Origin: Spirochaetota bacterium
GTDB taxonomy: Bacteria; Spirochaetota; Brachyspiria; Brachyspirales; JACRPF01
Length of the DNA: 64,000 nt
NCBI GenBank assembly: GCA_016214035.1
Contig: JACRPF010000020.1
Location: forward strand, 68,800 to 132,799
Direction of reading: 5' to 3'
Shown: one piece after another, positions 1-10,400 of the stretch
Layout of the letters: each line of letters begins with the position of its first letter
Numbering within the stretch: position 1 is the first letter of the stretch
The notes under the pieces: model-generated
What the model was told of the DNA's origin: nothing
Database searches by the model: none
The model's input: the letters and a program-made list of their open reading frames with translations, nothing else
Position numbers and translations under genes: made by a program

Positions 1-998
1 TCGCACCCGTCGAGTCCCTGCGGCAGCGGTATTCCCGCAAGACCGGCGAGCGTGGGATAGATATCCGGCGTACCGATAGGAGCAGCAAGCACCTGACCGG
101 CGCGTATGCGGCGCGGATACCGGATGAGGAACGGCACACGCGCGCTCTCCTCGTACGGCCATCGTTTGTGCTCATACCCGTGTGAGCCGATCATGTCGCC
201 GTGATCGGAGGTGAACACGACGATCGTGTCGTCGGCACCGTTCTTTTCAAGCGCGGCGAACAGGCGTCCGCATGCGGCGTCGATCTCCTCGATCATGCCG
301 TAATAATCGGGAAGCGACTCGGCGGCGTATTCGCGCGGTTCACCCTGCGGTACATTCTGCGGTATGGCGATATTCCTGAAGTGGTCCGCGAATCCCGGTG
401 ACGCCTTGTACGGCGTATGCGGCGGTATCCATGACAGCATGAAAAACCACGGCTTGTCCGCCGGCTGTTCGGCGATGAACGATAGCGCTTTATCGGCTGC
501 AAAGGCGAGGTCGCGTGTTTTGCTGTAGTCCCCGTAACGGTCACCCTCGGAGGGAAATCCGAAGCGCCGTGTTCTGCCTCCCTCTTTGGGAAAATCCAGA
601 TGCCACTTGCCGGCATATCCCGTCGTATACCCGTTGTCGCGGAACGTCTCGGCGAGGCATTTCACCTTCGGCAGAAAATCGGCGCCGTTGGTCACCATGC
701 CGTGATGATGCGCATATTGTCCTGACATAAGCGATGCGCGGTGCGGACAGCAGACGGGGGTGTTCGACATTGCCGCATCAAAGCGCGCGCCCTCTGACGC
801 AAGCCTGTCGAGATGCGGTGTGCGCGCATTCGTATCCCCGTAGCAGCCCATCGAATACGCGCGCTGCATGTCTGAAAAAATAAAAAGGATGTTGGGGCGT
901 TTTGCCGCCGGAGACGGTTGATCAGCGAACAGCTTTTCAGCAAGCACGCCGCCGCCGAGTGTCGCGGCCATATTCCTGAAAAAATTACGCCGATCCAT
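1..998 (-). CDS. Sulfatase (formylglycine-dependent arylsulfatase family), N-terminal ~332 aa; C-terminus lies beyond the left window edge
   Basis: Absent from the ORF track because the frame stays open to position 1. My minus-strand translation from ATG 998..996 reads MDRRNFFRNMAATLGGGVLAEKLFA (Tat-type RRxFF signal), then PVCCPHRASLMSGQ (C-x-P-x-R sulfatase signature), GYAGKWHLDF and FTSDHGDMIGSHG. Confidence 0.9.
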   Translation of the reverse strand, partial: MDRRNFFRNMAATLGGGVLAEKLFADQPSPAAKRPNILFIFSDMQRAYSMGCYGDTNARTPHLDRLASEGARFDAAMSNTPVCCPHRASLMSGQYAHHHGMVTNGADFLPKVKCLAETFRDNGYTTGYAGKWHLDFPKEGGRTRRFGFPSEGDRYGDYSKTRDLAFAADKALSFIAEQPADKPWFFMLSWIPPHTPYKASPGFADHFRNIAIPQNVPQGEPREYAAESLPDYYGMIEEIDAACGRLFAALEKNGADDTIVVFTSDHGDMIGSHGYEHKRWPYEESARVPFLIRYPRRIRAGQVLAAPIGTPDIYPTLAGLAGIPLPQGLDGC

Positions 999-1235
999 AC
1001 CCGCAGTATATGACAGACATCATTTCTGTCAAATGAAAGAAGTGCGCTATACGATTTATACTTTGAGCAATGCGCGATCTCTTCTACATTCCTGTCGCTC
1101 TCGCGTGGTCGCCGAATATGGCTCCGCAACGGCATCCAGCACCGCTTGCGCTCGGCATTAGCGCGGGGGTCTACTATACTCCGCGCATCCATGCGCGTAT
1201 TATCCTTGGCGCAATGCCATTTTTACCTTTCTGGT

Positions 1236-1257
1236 CTGCGGGACATGTCCCGCGCTA
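1236..1257 (-). repeat. Stop-codon-overlapping GC palindrome, copy 1 (sense TAG-CGCGGGACATGTCCCGCAG)
   Basis: Perfect 16-nt palindrome GCGGGACATGTCCCGC at 1238-1253, starting right after the TAG stop at 1255-1257. It is 21/22 identical to 33644-33665. Confidence 0.6.
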
Positions 1258-2328
1258 AGACAGTCTTTCGTGAATATCCAAAAATGAATCTTTGTTTTTC
1301 AAGAAAACATCTATCAGTTGCGGATCGAATTGCTTCCCCGCACTCTCCCGCATGAACAGCAGTGTTTCCTCAATCCCCCACGCCTCTTTATACACCCGCT
1401 CGTGCGTAATCGCGTCAAAGACATCGACAATCGATGTGATCCGGGCGCTTAAGGGAATGGCCTCCCCCGCTTTGCGGTTGGGATACCCTTCGCCGTTCCA
1501 CCTTTCATGATGATTGAGCGCGATATCCGCCGCGAGCTGCAGCACCGGAAGCTCCGACTTTGAAAAGATATTATAGCCTATGGCGCTGTGCCCCTGGATT
1601 ATCCGGAACTCATCGTCGGTAAGCGGCCCCGGTTTGTTCAGGATAATATCAGAGATGCCGATCTTACCCACATCGTGCATCGGCGATGCGATCTTGATGT
1701 CATCCGCCATGTCACCGATGCCCGCGAGCTTCCCCAAAAGATATGCATACTCGGAAACCCTGAGCACATGATTGCCCGTCTCATGCGACCGCGTCTCAAC
1801 CACATCGCCGAGACGGAGTATGATCTCTTTCTGCGTCATGATGAGCGAGCGGCTCATTTCCAGCACCTGTTCGGTCTTCTTTTTCACCTCGTCCTCAAGA
1901 TGCTCACGGTAGATGCGGTTCTCCTTCAGAAGACGCGACCGCTCAAGCGCCCTGTTCAAGGTAAGGTTCAGCACCGAAAGGCTTTCTATCGGCTTCGAAA
2001 GAAAATCCCAGGCGCCTTTGCGTATCGCCTCAACAGCCTTATCAACGATTCCCACACCCGAGAGTACGATGATGGGCATTTCCGGACAGCGCGGGACTAT
2101 CTTCTCGATGACACCGATGCCGTTCAATTCAGGCATGTTCAAATCGAGAATCAGCGCATCATATATCTGCTGCGACAGCATTTCCACCGCGCGAACGCCA
2201 TTCCCGGCCATCGCCGGCTTGGCACCGATATATTCAAGATATTCGGCTATCGACTCCCTGATGGCAGGCTCGTCATCGACCACGAGTATCGATTTACCCT
2301 TACACTCCACGCACTCCATTGTGCACAC
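1255..2328 (-). CDS. Response regulator with HD-GYP domain (RpfG-type c-di-GMP phosphodiesterase family)
   Basis: N-terminal receiver (ILVVDDEP...LDLNMPELNG), then HD motif MHDVGKIGISD and HHERWNGEGYP (HD-GYP signature). Confidence 0.9.
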   Translation of the reverse strand: MCTMECVECKGKSILVVDDEPAIRESIAEYLEYIGAKPAMAGNGVRAVEMLSQQIYDALILDLNMPELNGIGVIEKIVPRCPEMPIIVLSGVGIVDKAVEAIRKGAWDFLSKPIESLSVLNLTLNRALERSRLLKENRIYREHLEDEVKKKTEQVLEMSRSLIMTQKEIILRLGDVVETRSHETGNHVLRVSEYAYLLGKLAGIGDMADDIKIASPMHDVGKIGISDIILNKPGPLTDDEFRIIQGHSAIGYNIFSKSELPVLQLAADIALNHHERWNGEGYPNRKAGEAIPLSARITSIVDVFDAITHERVYKEAWGIEETLLFMRESAGKQFDPQLIDVFLKNKDSFLDIHERLS

Positions 2329-2520
2329 TCCCGATCATTGTAATAGCACCATAGCCCCGCATCCCGCATCCGACCGGCACGGGCACTTCACCGATGAAAC
2401 GTATGGCAAGGGTCTCCTTTTCATGCGGATATATACTAATATACTGACGTCACGCCGGCACGTCAAGGCAGTATATCATCCGGAACTATGCCGTGCCGCA
2501 TCTTCGTTCATATCGCCGGT

Positions 2521-4851
2521 TCATGACGTGATCGAGCGCACCTTTGCCAGCAGCTCCTGCATGTCGAACGGCTTTTCCACGATCTGCATCCTGTCATCGG
2601 CTGCGACGACATTCCTGTCTACATGCGTGCTGAATCCGGTGCACAGGATGATGCGAAGGTCCGGCCGCAGTGCGCGCGCACGCCGCGCCGTTTCCATCCC
2701 GTCGATGCCGGGCATGGTGATATCGGTTATGAGCAGACTGCAGGCGGACGGATCCTGTTCAAGCGCCCGGAGCGCTTCCGTGCCGTTTGAGAAAACAGCG
2801 ACATGCATCTTCTGCTCCCGGAAAAAATCGGTCACAACATTCCGTATGGACGGCTCATCTTCGACAAAGAATATGTTCAGTGATCCGCTGACCGCCGGCA
2901 GCGACTGCGGCCGGGCATCCGCTGCGGTTGCCGCCGACACAATCGCCGGAAGTGTTACGGTGAATACCGATCCCGTACCGACGGTACTTTCCACTGAAAT
3001 GCCGCCGTTCATCCCGGTGACAATACCATGTACCACGGAAAGGCCCAATCCCGTTCCGCTGCCGCTGTCTTTCGTGGTGAAATAAGGCTCGAATATCTTT
3101 TCCCTGATCTCGGGGGCAATGCCCGTGCCGGTATCCCGTATCGTGAGGACTACGTTCGCTGCGGGCGGCTCTGTCACTGCATCGGCAAGCGTCACCGTCA
3201 ACGTCCCGCCGTTTTTTTCCATCGCCTGATACGCATTCGTGCACAGGTTCATGACCACCTGATAAAGCTGCACCGGGTCGCCCATCACCGAAGCTTCGGA
3301 TGTGATACTGACATCGATCGCGATGGTCGCGGGTATGGTGGGCCGCAGCAGCTTCATGCATTCCCGCACCACATCCGCCGCGCGCACCGGCACGACCGCC
3401 GGGACCGATTTTCTGCTGAAGCTCAGTATCTGTCCGGTCAGCTCCTTCGCCCGTTTGGCCGCCTGATCGATCTTGTCGAGCGCTGCGGTGAGCTTTTCGG
3501 GAGCGTTCAGATAGTTTTTCGCCATGCCGGCCAGCATGACGATGGGTGTGAGAATATTGTTGAAGTCGTGCGCGATGCCGCCGGCAAGCGTACCGATGGC
3601 CTCCATTTTCTGCGTGTGCCTGAGCTGCTCCTCCATGTTCTTCTGCGCGGTAATATCGCGCGACACCACGGTGATCCCGTCGGGCCGTCCCGCGGCGTCG
3701 TAGTGACAGGAGAGTTTCGCGCTGTAGCGTAGCTGTCCGCCGTCCGCTTCGACGACAGCATATTCGATCTGTTCGGCCGCGCCCCCGGCAAGAATCCGCG
3801 CCATCACCGGCGGCAGCATGCGGTTGAACGCCTCCGGCAGCACCTCGACGCAATGACGGCCGATCACGGATGCGGATGCTTCCGCGATCACATCACGCGG
3901 ATGATGATACTGCACGATAACGCACTTCGTATCGAGTGTAAAGACGATATCGTCCATAGATGAAAGCGTGCTGCGGAGCATCTCCCGGCTCTGTTCAAGC
4001 GATTCCTCCGCTTTGCACCGGCGCTCCACGAAATTGATGACCACGAACGACGTGATGAATCCCACGCAGAGCATTATCAGAATATCGATACGGTCCTGCG
4101 CATCCCTGAGCTGAAAAAAACCTGCCGGAAAATCCTGATCGATAAGGATGCTGCTGAGTGCGCGATGGAACAGCAGTATCACACCGCCCCCGGCAAGGCT
4201 TGCCGCAAGCGTTCTGTCGTTGTAGCGGGAGAAGGATTGCACCGGTATGCCGAAGATTATCTTTACCGCGCTCGATTTCAGAAGCGTTGCGGCCACCAGG
4301 ACCGCCAGACAGGTGAGTATGATCTCCTTAAAAACGATGCCGCTGAGCACGGCGTTCGGAATGCCCGTTTCGGCATTCGGCGCCCATGGTGCGGGGTTGA
4401 GCCCGAACAACACCGGATACAGGATGAATATCGACAATGAGAAAAACATGCAGTAGAATATCTGTGCGATGAACGGATGATTCCACCATGTCTTCCGCCT
4501 ATCCCTCGATCTGGAACACCATCCCTGCCACACGAACCACACAACAAATGTAAACGCGGACAGGACATTTGCCCATCCGTTCGTCGGCCAGAGCACAAAG
4601 GGAAAAAAAGCGCCGAGACCGATGATGCCGGCGGCCAGCGCATACCGGGGGCCGTATGCCATGCCGGCAAGCAGCGGCAGAATATACGACCAGTTTATCG
4701 AGATGACAAAAGGAGATATCGTGAAATTAAGTGAATACCGTGAAAAGAAAAAACCGAGAAGTCCCAGAATGACAGAGGTGACCAACGGACGGATGTGCAG
4801 CATGAACGATGAAGCAGAATCATGGTTTCCCGCTGATATATTCGAGCTCAC
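2521..4851 (-). CDS. Hybrid sensor histidine kinase (multi-TM sensor, PAS, HisKA, HATPase, C-terminal receiver)
   Basis: About 8 hydrophobic helices at the N-terminus. H-box GGIAHDFNNILTPI, ATPase DTGTGIAPEIREKIFEPYFTTK..GTGLGLSVV, receiver FVEDEPSIR..ITDITMPGIDG. Confidence 0.9.
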   Translation of the reverse strand: MSSNISAGNHDSASSFMLHIRPLVTSVILGLLGFFFSRYSLNFTISPFVISINWSYILPLLAGMAYGPRYALAAGIIGLGAFFPFVLWPTNGWANVLSAFTFVVWFVWQGWCSRSRDRRKTWWNHPFIAQIFYCMFFSLSIFILYPVLFGLNPAPWAPNAETGIPNAVLSGIVFKEIILTCLAVLVAATLLKSSAVKIIFGIPVQSFSRYNDRTLAASLAGGGVILLFHRALSSILIDQDFPAGFFQLRDAQDRIDILIMLCVGFITSFVVINFVERRCKAEESLEQSREMLRSTLSSMDDIVFTLDTKCVIVQYHHPRDVIAEASASVIGRHCVEVLPEAFNRMLPPVMARILAGGAAEQIEYAVVEADGGQLRYSAKLSCHYDAAGRPDGITVVSRDITAQKNMEEQLRHTQKMEAIGTLAGGIAHDFNNILTPIVMLAGMAKNYLNAPEKLTAALDKIDQAAKRAKELTGQILSFSRKSVPAVVPVRAADVVRECMKLLRPTIPATIAIDVSITSEASVMGDPVQLYQVVMNLCTNAYQAMEKNGGTLTVTLADAVTEPPAANVVLTIRDTGTGIAPEIREKIFEPYFTTKDSGSGTGLGLSVVHGIVTGMNGGISVESTVGTGSVFTVTLPAIVSAATAADARPQSLPAVSGSLNIFFVEDEPSIRNVVTDFFREQKMHVAVFSNGTEALRALEQDPSACSLLITDITMPGIDGMETARRARALRPDLRIILCTGFSTHVDRNVVAADDRMQIVEKPFDMQELLAKVRSITS

Positions 4852-4921
4852 ACACTAAGTATACTGCATTTGGCGGCACTGTCAAACAAAATATCATATC
4901 GCCCTCTATTGCAGAACGCCG

Positions 4922-5686
4922 CTACGGTGCACGTTTCGCCACGTATGACATTTCCTTTTCCCAATTTACGTAGTGCGCATGGAATTCCTTCAGCGGTGCA
5001 TTCCCCGCCGTGCGTTCAACGAACGCTTTGAGTACCGGTAATTGCTGCCGGGCGATATTCTGCGCATCAGTATTCCTGGTAGCGGTGAGAAAGGACGAGA
5101 GGCTGGTGACCACGGTACCGCCTCCTTTTCCGGCTATCTGCTGCAGACTGCCGGTAAGCCATGGCGTATATTTCAGCATATAGTCGGCGTAACGACGGAG
5201 CAAAGGGACCTGCGCCATGAGTTCACCAAGCTCCCGGTCAAAATCATCACGGCAGACTATCGTTGTTCCGTTGAAGATGACCGGCGCCGACTCTGACATG
5301 TCACACATCCAGCCCGCACGCGGTGTCAGCACATCGCTTTGAAAACGTTCCTCGCGATACGGATAGAGCGGCATCGTTCTGCAGCGCAGCGGCTTATTCG
5401 TGTCATGCAGCGAGCAGCGGTTGTCCTCCCGGAGTGCGGGGCAGGTGAATATGGCCGGGATAAAAGCCGTCGGCGTTATCTGCACCGCAAGCGACGTTCC
5501 GCCGGGAACGGGGACGATTGCGCCGAGTGATGCCGTATGATTGTAATCTTTGCTGCCGGGCCGCAACGCGGTCCAGACAAACCCCAGTGGAAACAGATCT
5601 GCATGCGCGAATGCGTCGTTACAGGTGAGCGGCAGAAGGCCGTAGCAGCACCTGCCGCATTGCGTACAACGGAAATGCCGTACCAT
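4922..5686 (-). CDS. YkgJ-family cysteine-cluster (CxxCxxCC) protein
   Basis: MVRHFRCTQCGRCCYGLLPL motif. I moved the start from track position 5824 to ATG 5686, which sits 2 nt after the upstream stop and removes a 136-nt overlap. Confidence 0.7.
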   Translation of the reverse strand: MVRHFRCTQCGRCCYGLLPLTCNDAFAHADLFPLGFVWTALRPGSKDYNHTASLGAIVPVPGGTSLAVQITPTAFIPAIFTCPALREDNRCSLHDTNKPLRCRTMPLYPYREERFQSDVLTPRAGWMCDMSESAPVIFNGTTIVCRDDFDRELGELMAQVPLLRRYADYMLKYTPWLTGSLQQIAGKGGGTVVTSLSSFLTATRNTDAQNIARQQLPVLKAFVERTAGNAPLKEFHAHYVNWEKEMSYVAKRAP

Positions 5687-5688
5687 AC

Positions 5689-6177
5689 TCACGCGAGCGC
5701 TTTCGCTCCGCAGCAGTGTTTGAATTTCTTTCCCGAGCTGCAGGGACAGGGGTCGTTGCGGCCCGCCTTGGGTCCGGTACGCGGTACGCTCATCGGTTTC
5801 ATCTCGCTGTTCACGAAAAACCATTCACCGTTATCACGGCGGAAGCGGGACACGGCCGCGCTGGTGATATCCTGTCCGTCCTTACGGAAACGGACGACAT
5901 ATTCCACCTCGGCGGTATCGCCGGTTTCATCCGCGCGGCGTATCTGCAGGTCCTGCCATTCACAGCCGTCCGCCAGACGTTCCGCCTCGGCGCGGTTGAA
6001 GTCGTCGCGTATCTCCGGCGCATGCGTTCGGTCCACAAAATCGAGATTACGTACGGCGAAAGCGGTATACCGTGCACGGAACAATGCCTCCGCGGTGGAC
6101 GCACCTGCGGCACCGGCGATGATGGGACCGCAGCACTCGTCATATGCGCGGTTCGAACAGCATGTACATAAAACCAT
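5689..6177 (-). CDS. YchJ-family protein with SEC-C metal-binding motifs at both ends
   Basis: N-terminal CTCCSNRAYDECCGP and C-terminal GRNDPCPCSSGKKFKHCCG (SEC-C motif). Confidence 0.85.
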   Translation of the reverse strand: MVLCTCCSNRAYDECCGPIIAGAAGASTAEALFRARYTAFAVRNLDFVDRTHAPEIRDDFNRAEAERLADGCEWQDLQIRRADETGDTAEVEYVVRFRKDGQDITSAAVSRFRRDNGEWFFVNSEMKPMSVPRTGPKAGRNDPCPCSSGKKFKHCCGAKALA

Positions 6178-6247
6178 GGCGGCCTCTCATTTATTATGTT
6201 ACCTTAACTATACATCGCCGGAATGTATTGTCAATTACGTGCGGATA

Positions 6248-6276
6248 TTGACAAATCAAATAAAACATTATGTAGT
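6248..6276 (+). promoter_or_regulatory. Candidate sigma70-type promoter TTGACA-N17-TGTAGT
   Basis: Perfect -35 at 6248-6253 and a 4/6 -10 at 6271-6276, about 30 nt upstream of ATG 6305. The -35 lies in an 8-bp inverted repeat (TTGTCAAT..ATTGACAA). Confidence 0.35.
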
Positions 6277-6304
6277 ATCATCATCAGAACATGGAGGGAA
6301 ACCC

Positions 6305-7294
6305 ATGAAACCGTTATGCATCATCACACTCATCATCTCGATGACCGCAGCAGCATTCGCCGGACTTGTGAACCCCGCGTTCAACGACAGGGACGGCGAC
6401 GGCCGGCCCGACGGCTGGGATTTCCGGCCCGAACCGAACGGCACGACGACGAAGATACTGCTCAAGGCAGTCGATGCGGGAACGCTGGTACGGTTCAAGG
6501 ATGAAGACACGAAACAGGGCCTGGGATTGGCGCAGACGATACCGGTTACCGGCGGGAAAACATACCGCGAGACGCTCAGAATAAAAAAAGGCGCGCTCAG
6601 CATATACTTTCTCTGGCTCGACTCCGAGAAAAAGCAGATCGGCAAGGAATGTTTCAAACCATGCACCGGCGGCGATGAGACATCAACGGTGGAATACATC
6701 GAGACGGCACCGGCAAACGCCGTGTACTGCACCATGTGGATATATTCGCCGATGGGGTCCACGACTGATGTTATCCTCACGGATGCGTCATTCGAGGAGG
6801 CTCCGGGGCAAAAGACGGCCGCACCGACAACCCCGGCTGCAGGCGTATCTGATAATGCACTATTCGGTTTCGAAACAGCCGGCTGGAGCGGTATCGAACT
6901 GACCGATAAAAATGTGAAAGAAGGAAAAACAGCGGGCCTTTGGAAAGATCACGACAAGAACAAGTCGATAAATCTTGATAAATTCAATCACGACTGGAGC
7001 GGATACACCGCTATGCGCTTCTGGCTGCATTCCGCTAAGCCGACCGGCGAGACGATGATCATCGTCCTCACGTCACGCAAGGACCCGAAAGTCTTTTCTT
7101 ATTACAGCCAGATGGTCGTCGTAAACTGGGAAGGCTGGAAAGAAATAATCCTCCCCTTCAGCAAGTTTCAGGTCAACCGCGAGCCGGTGGGCTGGAAATT
7201 CATCGAGTCTATTCAGATAACCGTTGACGGCTGGGGACTCAAACCGTATCCCGATTCCGTGCTCACGCTCGATGGATTAACGCTTCAGAAGTAA
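6305..7294 (+). CDS. Secreted protein with carbohydrate-binding-module-like domains
   Basis: The real start is ATG 6305, with GGAGGG 6 nt upstream. The rest of the 585-aa track ORF is antisense shadow. Signal peptide MKPLCIITLIISMTAAAFA. The N-terminal DGWDF region resembles the N-terminus of the next gene. The C-terminal half looks CBM11/CIA30-like (my recognition only). Confidence 0.7.
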   Translation: MKPLCIITLIISMTAAAFAGLVNPAFNDRDGDGRPDGWDFRPEPNGTTTKILLKAVDAGTLVRFKDEDTKQGLGLAQTIPVTGGKTYRETLRIKKGALSIYFLWLDSEKKQIGKECFKPCTGGDETSTVEYIETAPANAVYCTMWIYSPMGSTTDVILTDASFEEAPGQKTAAPTTPAAGVSDNALFGFETAGWSGIELTDKNVKEGKTAGLWKDHDKNKSINLDKFNHDWSGYTAMRFWLHSAKPTGETMIIVLTSRKDPKVFSYYSQMVVVNWEGWKEIILPFSKFQVNREPVGWKFIESIQITVDGWGLKPYPDSVLTLDGLTLQK

Positions 7295-7408
7295 CAGCAC
7301 CGTCTTGTATCTTCATATCTGCAGCCGCATCGCTTTGGTAAATATTAATAATTAGCCGGACGATATTAAGCTGCAATCGGAAACCGGAACTAAATAATCG
7401 AATTTACA

Positions 7409-7437
7409 TTGACGCATGCCGTTGATGCGGGTATACT
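7409..7437 (+). promoter_or_regulatory. Sigma70-type promoter TTGACG-N17-TATACT
   Basis: -35 at 7409-7414, exact 17-nt spacer, -10 at 7432-7437. The track start codon at 7416 lies inside this promoter. Confidence 0.55.
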
Positions 7438-7493
7438 TACAACATAACTCTGCTGCATCACGATACTACCTCTTTGCCAAGGAAACACTATTT

Positions 7494-10400
7494 ATGATCA
7501 CCGCATGTCATCGCATCCTGCTCGCCATCTTTATGACTTCCGGTCTTTTCGCCCAATCAGGCAATCTGATAATCAACGGCGATTTCGAGACCGTTGAGAA
7601 CGACGCTCCCGCGGGATGGATAATAGCTCCCTACGGTTCAAAGAATACTGTTCTCACGTCGGCGGCGGAAGGTGACATCCGCGGCAAGGCATCCGCTCAT
7701 CTCAAGCATGAACGTGCGTCTGCGGAGACGGGAACCAAAGCCATTGTGCTGATAACCAAGGCAAAAGTGAACGGCATCATCGCAGGAACGGAATATCGCT
7801 TCCGCTTTGCCGCACGCGCCCCGGTGAAGGACCAGCAGCTTCGCGTCTATTATTACACCGACACTTCCATATCTCCGCATTACTATAAGATGAAAACCAT
7901 TACCGTAAGCGATGCGTGGGACGAATACGAGTTTGTCCTGAAACTTCCGCTCGCCGAGGACTGGAAAGACCGTGCGCTCTTCATGCGCTTTGACATCCCG
8001 TACGGCGAAGTATATCTTGACGACGTTGTTCTTGCGCCGAATACCGATGCTCCGGCAACGGAGAAAAAGTCCGCGTACGCCTCGCTCAATCGAAGGAACC
8101 TTTTTCAGAACTCGAGCTTTGAAATCGGCTTTGAGGAATATGCGCTCACCCGCGGGCTCTATATGCGGGGACGCGACGCGAACAACAACGAACCGCGCCA
8201 ACCGGTACTCGACACCGCAGAGAAAATGCACGGCAATGCGAGCCTCAGACTTGATAATCCCGACGGTGACGCCATGCTGTTCAGTTCACGCGATATCCAC
8301 ATCACTCCCGGCAAAGAGTATACGCTTTCCGGCTGGTTTAAAACCGACGGCGGCATCAAGGTAGTATCGCTTTCGATACTGAGCATCATATCGAGCGGTG
8401 CGCGGAAAAATGCAACCACCTGGTCCGAGGTCGGCGGTGAATGGAAACGCATGTCGGTGACATTCACCGCGGCGCCGAATCATGAATATTACACACTGCA
8501 GATAGGCAATATCGCCGAGGGCTATGGCAAGCAGCCGCCGCCGACACGGAATCAGGCGGGAACGATGTGGATTGACGGCATACAGCTCACCGAAGGAAAA
8601 TCGTCGAAATATGAACCCGATGATTTCGAAATAGGACTCGCGCTCACGACCAATCGCTATTACGCGTATACGCCGGATGAACCGTATATGGTGTCGTTCA
8701 GGGCGCTCAACAATACGTCCTCCGACACGGAAGTAAAATTCCGATATACGATCGAGGACTGCTATTTCAATAAAACAGTACGTACGGGCGAGACGGCGGT
8801 GATGACGCTTGCGGGAAACTCCACCGGCACCATCGCCGCGGAGATAAATCCGAAACGCTACGGATTGTTCGTCTTGAACTACGAACTTGTCAATGCAAAG
8901 ACCGGCGTCGTGCTCGATGCATACTCGTTCGATTACGCCGTCATCGGCAATATCATGGCTGCACCGGCACCGAAAGGATTCACGACCGGCGGGCAGATGA
9001 ACTTCCGCGCCAACTGGTTCGCGCAGAGCTGGGCTACGCAGCCCACACTCGTCTACTACGGCGCCACCATCGACGAAACATATGACTTCATCGCGAACGT
9101 AGGCGATCGCTGGTTCCGCTGCTGGGATTTCGGCTGGGGACACAACGAGGTGAACGAAGGAAATTATGAATGGCAGGTACTCGACCGGCAGATAGAAGAA
9201 CTCACCAAACGCGGCATGAGGATAGTGGCGTCGTTCGACACGCTCATCGTCGACGAGAAAAATCCGCAGTCGATATATGCGCATGTGCCGAAATGGGCGC
9301 AGGAACGTTACGGCGTCACCGACACCAAAGGAACGATGAAATGCCGCGTAAGCGTTCCGCCGGTTGAGATATGGGCGCGGTACTTCACGGAATGCGTGAA
9401 ACGCTACAAAGGGAAAGTGCGCGCATACGAGATATTCAATGAACCGAATCTCTGGCTTTCGCCGGAACTCTACACGCAATATCTGAAAACCGCGTGCAGT
9501 ATTGTCCGGGCGAACGACCCCGACGCCAAGGTCATCGGCTTCTGCGCCACGGGCGACCTCGGCGGCAATCTCCTCAAGTTCGTGAAGGAATGCATGAACC
9601 TCGGCGCGAACGACTATTTCGACGCGATGTCGTTTCACCCCTACGACTCGCGCCTTGACTCGAGCAGCTATCCGGCGGAGAAGGCCATCGCCGGGATCAA
9701 ACAGCTGCTCACCGACGTGGGTGCCGGCAAAAAAGACATCTGGAATTCCGAGCTTTTCTATCTTGAGGACGACCTGCCGGAATATTTCTACGGTTCGCAT
9801 GACGTCAAAGGACATCAATTCGCGCGCAGGCTTCTCATCGACCAGTTCCACGGAGTCGCACGTTCGGCGTGTCTTGACGGCGGCTACAACCGCGCACGCA
9901 TCGCTCCGCTTGCACTCGACCTGCCGCGCAAACCCATACCGAGCCGTTTCTATGTCATCAATAATGCATGGGCGCGCTTCTTCGAAGGCGGCAAACCGGC
10001 AAAACAGGTAAGCCTTACCGGAAAAAACAAGCTCTACATCTATGACCGACCGGACGGACCGGTTGCCGCATATTGGAACTACAGTTATGCGAAAAAAAGC
10101 ACGGCGGTTCTTGCCCTCAGGAATGCAAAAGAAAAAATAATTCTGTTCGACCTTATGGGCAACCCGCTTGAAAAACCGGTACTGAAAGATAACGGATATT
10201 TGCTCACTGAAAGCGCCGACCCGGTATACATCAGACCGAACGGTATCAGCCGGGATGAATTCCTGAAACTGATGGACAGCGCCGAAATGGAATATCAGGT
10301 ACCCGTGTCGATAACCGCGCGCATGGCATACAGGGAAGATAAACCCGTCATCGCCGCCGAACTCATGAACTATGCGGCCGAGGTCACGCCGGTGCGTCTC

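Noticed and set aside
1255-1257. TAG stop followed by a hairpin, considered as a recoding signal (pyrrolysine PYLIS-like or programmed read-through).
   Set aside because: The proteins are domain-complete at the TAG. The read-through extensions of the two best copies diverge after the first few hairpin-encoded residues (RGTC) and hit stops after about 26-28 codons. No pyl genes are in view.
1913-3085. Long ORFs antisense to clear genes: 1913..3085, the 5537..6304 part of the 585-aa ORF, 8286..9851, 20247..21203, 21246..22472, 25903..26631, 31539..32435, 42365..43327, 43343..44245, 53245..53928, 56074..56776 and others.
   Set aside because: Each lies opposite a gene with strong family motifs. 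Their translations are low-complexity (Arg/Ser/Pro/His-rich) with no motifs. Such shadow ORFs are expected in GC-rich DNA.
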